From Eledone cirrhosa (lineage: Eukaryota): a DNA stretch of 64,000 nt. The position numbers and the translations under genes are program-made. The stretch is from assembly GCA_964016885.1 (NCBI GenBank), contig OZ024740.1:413230001-413294000 (forward strand). Reading direction: 5' to 3'. The notes beneath the pieces are model-generated. The model saw only the letters and a list, made by a program, of their open reading frames with translations, had not been told where the DNA came from and did no database searches. Positions 55,367-64,000 of this stretch are shown here, in pieces (the first letter of the stretch is position 1; each line of letters opens with the position of its first letter).

Positions 55367-55903
55367 CGTGTGTGTTTGTGTGTATACCATTTATATAGTG
55401 TGGTTTGCCAATATGTAGAACCGGTTATTCCGGTTAAAAGATTATATAATAGTAAGGAATGCACCTCATCAATTTCAGATGAGATATCTTGTGAGTTGTG
55501 CGAGGGCTTAGCTAAATATTTAAAGACAACAGTAGACCAGACTGGATAAATCATTTTAAAGTTTTAATGTTTCAAAAAACACTATATATATATTTCAATG
55601 GCATAGTTATATAATCCGATCATGACGTAAGACTTTCGCATACATCATCACTTGCGGATTATATAATTATTTAATAAAATGTATTATGGCAAACTTAAAT
55701 ATATTTTCTCTATTTTGTGTTTGTATTTGTCGTAATTCCTTTTATTGATTAACTATTTATGCAATCCGAACCTGATGATATCGCTCTAGCTCTTACGTCA
55801 TGATGTTAGTGGGGCATTGAAATATGTATAGTGTATTTTTTTAAAGGGATATTACCAATCTGGCCTTCTGTTGTTTTTAATACACACGCACACACACACA
55901 CAC

Positions 55904-55975
<72 letters not shown>

Positions 55976-56798
55976 CCAGGGAGTGTAACGAGGAGTTACT
56001 GCAGGTTCACACCCAAAAAGGGTCCGACAAGCCGTTGATTACAGAGTGGGGCTAGATCGATACAGATTGAACCTTGAGCTGATCAGTGGCGAAACGCGCG
56101 TCACCAAACACTAAATGTAATGAAGGAGTAACCACTCGTCTTTCTTTTATTATATATATATATACATATAATCAGTGTTTAAACGATGATTTCGATCTCA
56201 TTGCTTATAATTTGCTCGACAAATACATTTGAAGCAAACGCGCAGGTTTAATTCTACGGCAACGTTTCTAGTCAGAGACTTAAGCCATTAAAACAGAGAG
56301 TAATTGATGTTTAGGCAGATTCAAAACGTTAAAGTACTCATAATTTCAATAATTGAAACGGCCCTTATCCTAGTTTAGTTCACAAAAAGCTACCGGAATA
56401 CAAATTCCCTTCTGGCATGTTTTTCCGTCTTGCAGTTCTCGACATAATTCTTTAACCCTTTCTTCTATGCTATGCCCTATCTCATCTAGAAATATTGCGT
56501 TACTTTTCCTAAACTGTACCTCTATGCATTTTCTACTATAAACTTCGACCCTAGTTTTACATTTAACCTGTGGTCTTAAGCTGCAGAATATCTACTTGGT
56601 AGTGATGCGGGGTGTTTACTTGAAAGGATAGGTTCTGCTAATCAGGGCGTCTATGGGAATGTCTGGTTTGTCTAATATATTAATATTTAGTTTTAATTTA
56701 TTCAGAGTCCTTCTCAATCGGTTGGCCAATTCACTTCTACGGTATCATTGACGAACACGACGTTCTGGCATTTTGTTAATCTTTCTCTCTCTCTCTCT

Positions 56799-56904
<106 letters not shown>

Positions 56905-56908
56905 TACT

Positions 56909-56956
<48 letters not shown>

Positions 56957-57037
56957 AAAGTTCTATTTAAATTGTTGGGATACAACAAGCAAATATTTTT
57001 ATAACTGATATAAAGCACTCGACAAGTATTTGGAGTA

Positions 57038-57287
57038 AATATACGATATTAACAAATGGAAACTATATTTATAAAACCATATCTATTTAATTATACATAT
57101 TTCAAGGATACCATGTTAAATTATGGTATGCTTTCATCAGACAAAATACAATATATAACAGTTTTATGAATAAATGTTGACATACCCTTTCAAAATGCAA
57201 CTGTTACTTTTGGAAGACATCCTTGAAATATGTATAATAAAATAGATATGGTTTTATAAATATAGTTTCCATTTGTTAATATCGTAT
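57038..57287. repeat. Fold-back repeat with ~70-bp inverted arms
   Basis: atatacgatattaacaaatggaaac...tttcaaggat vs atccttgaaa...gtttccatttgttaatatcgtatat, next to (TA)n. Confidence 0.85.
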
Positions 57288-57288
57288 A

Positions 57289-57320
<32 letters not shown>

Positions 57321-57340
57321 CTGGTATATATATATATACT

Positions 57341-57413
<73 letters not shown>

Positions 57414-57575
57414 TGGTTCATTAAAAGGAATCGAGAAAAAAATAGGCCAAAAAGTGTGATCGTAAACTTTGATGTAGGGAATAAGGTATTAAGACCTCAA
57501 TTCTATAAATATGAAAAAAATACTTAAATGTGAAAAGACTTCTGCAGATAAATAGTGTGAACTACTCATTTTTAA

Positions 57576-57621
<46 letters not shown>

Positions 57622-57628
57622 ATATATG

Positions 57629-57710
<82 letters not shown>

Positions 57711-57855
57711 GATATTATATACATATATATATAATTATAGATAAATATATATATATATATATAACGAAGGAAATGTGGTAAGGAACCAGGTGAACCATAA
57801 CGCACCAAAGTACTCAATACTTAGGGTAGTAGAGTTGGTAATAGGAACCAGTAAG

Positions 57856-57949
57856 ACCCCGACGGCTGAGCTCAAGCCGTTTCGACGGCTAATTCTGGAC
57901 TAAATGAAAATTTATCCTGGTATTTAAATAGCCGAGCTTCTCAAGGGGT
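57856..57949 (-). ncRNA. Hammerhead-like motif, U3-A8 variant (left arm)
   Basis: Mirror of 58636-58729. Confidence 0.62.
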
Positions 57950-58635
57950 AATTCCATATATGGTCAAAGTGATTGTCAAAAGTCATTAGTAATTCTGTGA
58001 TTGCAAATTAGTAGGGGAGATGGTGCCTAAACCTGCCAGTAGGAGAAAAGGGGGAGGTGGTGGAGTAGACCCAATCATGCGTTGGTAGTGCCAGCTACAG
58101 CTGGGCATGAGGTCAAAGAAGATACTGGGGAGGGGGAGGGGGAGGAAGTGGGAACGGTAGGTAGAACAATGAGGGGTAAAAATATATATATGAAAGAAAA
58201 AATACTGAGAGTGATGAAAAGCGAATAAGTGTAAAGAAAAAAAGTAAAGCAAGTTCTACGACCTAAGTCTCTTTCTTTATTTATATATTTATCTAGCCTC
58301 CTAACAATAGCTAGAGACTTAGGTCGTAGAACTTGCTTTACTTTTTTTCTTTACACTTATTCGCTTTTCATCACTCTCAGTATTTTTTCTTTCATATATA
58401 TATTTTTACCTCTCATTGTTCTACCTACCGGTCCCACTTCCTCCCCCTCCCCCTCCCCAGTATCTTCTTTGACCTCATGCCCAGCTGTAGCTGGCACTAC
58501 CAACGCATGATTGGGTCTACTCCACACCCTCCCCTTTTTCTGCTACTGGCAGGTTTAGCCACCATCTCCCCTACTAATTTGCAATCATAGAATTACTACT
58601 GACTTTTGACAATCACTTTGACCATATATGGAATT

Positions 58636-58729
58636 ACCCCTTGAGAAGCTCGGCTATTTAAATACCAGGATAAATGTTCATTTAGTCCAGAATTAGCCGT
58701 CGAAACGGCTTGAGCTCAGCCGTCGGGGT
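58636..58729 (+). ncRNA. Hammerhead-like motif, U3-A8 variant (right arm)
   Basis: acccc TTGAGAA gctcggcta...tagccgtc GAAA cggct-tgagctc-agccg TC ggggt. 5-bp stem I, 6-bp stem III, GUC site. Confidence 0.65.
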
Positions 58730-58737
58730 CTTACTGG

Positions 58738-58772
<35 letters not shown>

Positions 58773-58775
<3 letters not shown>

Positions 58776-59745
58776 TCCCGTTATCAGATGTCTTAAAATA
58801 CGGACGAAACCATGGTAGAGGTCATTAAATATGTACACATTTCTTCTAGTTTATTTTACACCTAATTCTGTTTAGTTGACTTTATATCTGGTCGATTTAT
58901 ACATACTGTCGAAATGTACGATACATACTCCGCCGTAACCGCCGCGAAGGGGCTGCTTTCGGTTATTTGTCGGAGATTTCTTCATAGGAGCCTTTATTCT
59001 TATAGATTGATTTTTTATATGGTTAATTATGCTCATTCGGAGAGGAAACGGTATATATTTTATGTAGTGATTCTATAGACATGTTTTATGATATATAGAT
59101 CTGATTATTTAATTTATTAATTCTTCATTGAGCCACAAAGTGACCCGTTGCAAAACACATATATATCTATGACTTTATATATATATATATGTAAACCTTT
59201 ACATGTAATAATCTCCCGTTAGGTTGAGAGGCAATTTGGTTGTATTTGGCAGCGCTTTCTAGCAATAAGCCTACCAGCCGTAAGCAACTAATCACATCCT
59301 TTCTAACTTGACCGCTGCCTCGTCACGATTCTTAGCCATTTTTTAATGTATTCTTGGCGCGATCACTTTGGAAAATTAATTGTCTAAATTTGAGCTAACT
59401 TCCTGATGAATCCGAAGCTCTAGATATCCTGTTATCGGATGTCTTAAAATACGGACGAACCACGGTAAAGGTAATTAAATATGTACACATTTCTTCTAAT
59501 TTATTTTACACTGAATTCTGTTTAGTTGACTGTATATCTGGTCGATTTATACATGCTGTCGAAATGTTCGATAAATACTCCGTCGTAACCACCGTGAAGG
59601 GGCTGCTTTCGGTTATTTGTCGGAGATTTCTTCATAGGAGCCTTTATTCTTATAGATTGATTTTTTATATGGTTAATTATGCTCATTCGGAGAGGAAACG
59701 GTATATATTTTATCTAGTGATTCTATAGACATGTTTTATGATATA
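58773..59745 (+). mobile_element. Non-coding ~1.5-unit tandem repeat (unit ~651 bp) with one hammerhead per unit, retrozyme or PLE pLTR-like
   Basis: 58773-59095 is repeated at 59425-59745 (cggacgaa at 58801 and 59452). Flanked by (TA)n. Confidence 0.75.
59399..59471 (+). ncRNA. Hammerhead-like motif of the tandem unit
   Basis: cttc CTGATGA atccg...cggac GAA[A] ccacgg TA aagg. The intact 3' half cggacGAAAccatggTAgagg is at 58801-58821. Confidence 0.58.
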
Positions 59746-60374
59746 TATATATATATATATATCGAGTTTGAAACTCAAAATAGTTTCTTACAATTAAATA
59801 GCGCAAGGAAATAAAACCTTTTCCGGTCTCTAGTGCGACTGTTCGCGCCTGCATGTACCGCAAATAAGTAGGACTGCTTTCCAAGCCAAGAATTGCAAAA
59901 CTTTTCTTGCTCGCATGGCGCCTTTGATTACATTTTTGTTGCAAGACTTCCCGCGGCAAAGGGTTTAGGCGATCAGCAAAATATTCTCTCCAATTCGCAA
60001 GGATTCACTTCCTTAAAGAGAGAGAGCACCAGATACGTTCCTAGTGACAGGCGTGGAGGAGGACGTCTTATTATGAAATAGGCGAATGGTCTGTCAAAAC
60101 ACATTATTTCTCGGCAGAGCTGTTGTAAGAGTACAGTCGCAGGTGGTGGCCACCAGATATGATGGTTAAATGTGATATAAGCGGGCTCCATCTAGGTGAA
60201 TAAGCAATTCCAGCCCACAGCGGTAAAATAGTAGGAGAGATTAAGCAATGGGAGACACTGTTAGCTCACAACCCAGTAGGGTACCTGGAATGAACAAGGT
60301 GGAAAAGCTTAGGTTTCGTAGGTCTGAGAAATTATGCTTCATTTTATTTATATTTAGAACATGTACCATACAAT

Positions 60375-60413
<39 letters not shown>

Positions 60414-61091
60414 AACACACACGCATACCCCCCCACACACACACATACACTTCCACACACACACACACATGCTCTCTGTTTCTTCAGGATTACACATGCC
60501 GGACACATTCTTCCTCACTCTTATTAAGTCCACAATCAGTATGTTTATTTTTACATTATGTCATCACGCCAAGCCCGTGGCCATTGCAATAATTTAACAT
60601 ACTTATTGTGCTGCAATATTTTATCGCACAGTAAAGGAAACGGAATTAAATAAAACTACATTAGGTTATAGATATATAGTTTTATCTAAATCTTCCTGAC
60701 ATAAACATATACACGAAAAATTAAGAAGCAGATACGGCAAATATGAAAATTATATAATAAACCATGCCCATGAAACGGAACATTTAAAATCAGGCGTTCA
60801 TAGGTTTAGGGAACACATGTCAATCAAACTAAGCATAAAAGACGAATAACGAAATATGTAAAATCATAAATATAAATGCTTTCAACATAGCATCATTTAA
60901 ACAAAATTATTTCCTACTTATATATACAAACACACACACATATACATATATACATATATTCGGATCTAGTTGTCTAAACGACTGGAGTTCAGCCGTCGGG
61001 GTCCTGAATCGTTTCATATTGCCCACTCTACTACCCCAAGTATCGTGTACTCTGGTGGGTTATGGTCTAGCTGGTTTTTACCACACACTAT

Positions 61092-61174
<83 letters not shown>

Positions 61175-61191
61175 ATGTGTGTGCGTGTACA

Positions 61192-61234
<43 letters not shown>

Positions 61235-61251
61235 ATGTGTGTGCGTGTACA

Positions 61252-61339
<88 letters not shown>

Positions 61340-61349
61340 TGTATATATG

Positions 61350-61403
<54 letters not shown>

Positions 61404-61471
61404 TGTACACACACACACATACACACACATATATATATATATAAGATAGTGTGTGGTAAAAACCAGCTAGA

Positions 61472-61517
<46 letters not shown>

Positions 61518-61780
61518 CATATATATAATTATATATGTATATAATTATATATATGTGAGAAAAACCACAGACCCTTCATCTCAACTCTACTTTTAAAAAG
61601 CAGAACTGCGAAACCGGTAAAGGAACCAAATAAATATATATATATTTTTTTAAATAAGACTCCAGTTGCATTTTCGATTTCATCTTTTATTCTTTATACT
61701 TTCACTCGTGCAGGACACCTCGGTTATTTTTCATTTTGTAAAAAAAACTCACTTTCTAATATATATATATATATATATAT

Positions 61781-63058
61781 CATAAAGTATGTCCATAGAA
61801 TTATTTGATAAAATATATACACCATTTCATCTCCCAATTAACATAATTAACCACATAAAAAATCAATTAGAGGTTATAAGAATAAAGGCTCATATGAAGA
61901 AATATTTGATAAATAAACGACACCAGCCTATTCCCGGCCGACCGCATTAGAATATCTACCCAACATTTCAACAGCACGTGAAAATCGACTAAATATACCG
62001 TCAACCATACACAATTAGGTATAAATTTAAAGTTAGAAGAAATGCGAACACTCTTACCATGATTATGTCCCTACCCTGGGGTTTCGTTCGCGTTTTGAGA
62101 TATCATATTAAGGATAAAATCTCGAATTTCGAACACATCAGGAGACAAACTCATAGGACAAGTAATTTTCCAAAGCGATCCCCGCCAGAAATAGATTCAA
62201 AAATGGCTTAGAATCGTGACGTGGCTGTGGTCAAGTTAGAGAGAATGTGATTAGTTGCTTACAGCGAGTAGGCTGGTTGCTAGAAAGCGCAGCCCAATAT
62301 TGCCCAAATTACATCTCAACCTAATGGGAGATTATTAAATATAAAGATTTATATATACAAAGTAAACAAAGTCACAGATATATATGTGGCAACCATTCAC
62401 GATGTGGCTCAATGAAGAATTAATAAATTAAATAATAAGAGCAATATATCATAAAATATCTCCATAGAATCATTTGATAAAATATTTACAGCATTTCCTC
62501 TCCCAATTAGCATAATTAACCACATAAAATATCAATTAAACCAGGCTATAAGAATAAAGGCTCCTATGAAGAAATATTTGATAAATAAACGACAGCAGCC
62601 TTTTTATTGATTTTTTATGTAGTTAATTATGCTAATTGGGAGAGGAAATGGTGTATATATGTTATCAAATGATTCTATGGACATACTTTATGATATATTG
62701 CTCTGATTATTTAATTTATTAATTCTTCATTGAGCCACATCGTGAATGGTTGCCACATATATATCTGTGACTTTATATTTATTAATCTTTATATTTAATA
62801 ATCTCCCATTAGTTTGAGATGTTATTTGGGCAATATTGGGCTGCGCTTTCTAGCAACCAGCCCACTCGCCGTAGGCAACTAATCACATACTTCCTAACTT
62901 GACCACAGCCACGTCACGATTCTTAGCCATTTTTGAATCTATTTCAAATGATTCTATGGACATACTTTATGATATATTGCTCTGATTATGTAATTTAGTA
63001 ATTCTTCATGGAGCCACATATATATCTGTGACTTTGTTTAGTTTGTGTATATGTAAAT

Positions 63059-63062
<4 letters not shown>
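61781..63062 (-). mobile_element. Diverged relative of the 58773-59745 element: ~1.2 tandem units (unit ~670 bp) plus an inverted segment (62605-63062)
   Basis: 61781-61929 recurs at 62450-62601. 62605-62945 is the reverse complement of ~62190-62535. Bounded by (TA)n. Confidence 0.75.
62068..62145 (-). ncRNA. Hammerhead-like motif (A9 mutated) with covarying stems
   Basis: tctc CTGATGT gttcg...cgaac GAAA ccc-ca-ggg TA ggga. Confidence 0.58.
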
Positions 63063-63108
<46 letters not shown>

Positions 63109-63167
63109 CTAGGCTCTGATACCATCAACACTATAAACACAGAGCTGGCATATCTAAGAACTGACTA

Positions 63168-63223
63168 ACTGCCTGATGAGGTCATAGCCATTCAATGGCT
63201 ATCATCGAAATATATATAGCAGT
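63168..63223 (+). ncRNA. Type I hammerhead ribozyme-like motif, canonical core
   Basis: actgc CTGATGA ggtcatagcca-ttcaa-tggctatcatc GAAA tatata TA gcagt. Lies inside a ~165-bp insert between two (TA)n tracts. Confidence 0.78.
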
Positions 63224-63614
63224 AAATAAAGGATTATGAGTTCATGCAATTGACTTATGTTTCGTCATTATATATATATATATATATATTGAGTTTGAAA
63301 CTCAAAATAGTTTCTTACAATTAAATAGCTCAAGGGAAAAAACTTTTTCCGGTCCGTGTAATATAATTCATTATAAAAGACAAATAAACACATATGTATA
63401 TAAATATATATTTTAAATCGTGTTCAAATCGTAAGTGACGAGATTGGAAGGGTGAAAAAAAAACTAACCATGAACAATAGGGTTTGAGTCTGGCAAATCC
63501 TATTGTTCATAGTTAGTACTTTTTCACCCTAGCGAATCTGGTCCCTTACTGATTTGAACACTTATATGTATATATCTGCGTTTAACTCACTTTTATATCC
63601 AATTAAATATATAC

Positions 63615-63646
<32 letters not shown>

Positions 63647-63719
63647 GCACACACACACAGACACATATATATATATATATATAATACAAACCACACACAC
63701 ATACACACACATGCATATG

Positions 63720-63925
63720 GACTTGTTATTTTTATCTAAAGACATTTTTCCAATTCCAACCCGCCCGACCTCTCAATCTATCTTATTTCTAATTCTTTCT
63801 TCTGATGAAGGACTAGCGTAGCGTCAGAAACGTTAAGACCCTCCTCCTGCTATGTCAAGCGTTAACCTAATATATCCCTTCAATATACTGTACCGATTGT
63901 GTTGTTATTTATCTTTAGCTTTTAC
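63720..63925 (+). mobile_element. PLE pLTR fragment (same family as 38700-38900) with hammerhead-like motif at ~63799-63838
   Basis: Reverse complement of 38700-38900. Contains tcttCTGATGAaggac...GAAAcgTTaaga. Confidence 0.75.
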
Positions 63926-64000
63926 ATACATATATATATTTATTAAAATAACAGATTAAAGTTTAAGCAAAGAATCGCTGCTTTCACCCTTAACGGGATC

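Larger units (their letters stand above)
57764..58740. mobile_element. Non-coding palindromic element (~425-bp arms, ~40-bp spacer) between (TA)n tracts
   Basis: 57845-58272 is the reverse complement of 58313-58740. Same family as 30339-32553. Confidence 0.85.

Noticed and set aside
56070-56106. Hammerhead at gcGAAAcgcgcgTC
   Set aside because: The 3' half looks typical, but no convincing core or stem I could be paired.

Overview
AT-rich, microsatellite-dense eukaryotic DNA ((TA)n, (CA)n, (TAA)n, (CTA)n). It looks like a cephalopod (octopus-like) repeat landscape, which is an inference from repeat style. No host gene is confidently identifiable. Region 1-18.6 kb is a head-to-tail, same-strand stack of R4/Dong-like RLE non-LTR retrotransposons of two families, separated by (TAA)n tracts. 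It includes one intact 1130-aa copy and is interrupted by an L1/Tx1-like 3' fragment and a 3'-truncated Ty3/gypsy element with a canonical -1 gag-pol slippery site. Region 18.6-64 kb holds many tRNA-derived SINE copies, a Chapaev3-like DNA transposon, CR1-like fragments and decayed Penelope-like elements (PLEs). The most notable signal is a dozen or so type I hammerhead-ribozyme-like motifs, including U3-A8 and U.U stem-II variants. They lie in non-coding repeats that abut (TA)n tracts and form fold-back or partial-tandem structures. One of these is a ~650-670-nt tandem unit with one covarying hammerhead per unit, a candidate retrozyme. All structures and alignments were read by eye, so boundaries are approximate.
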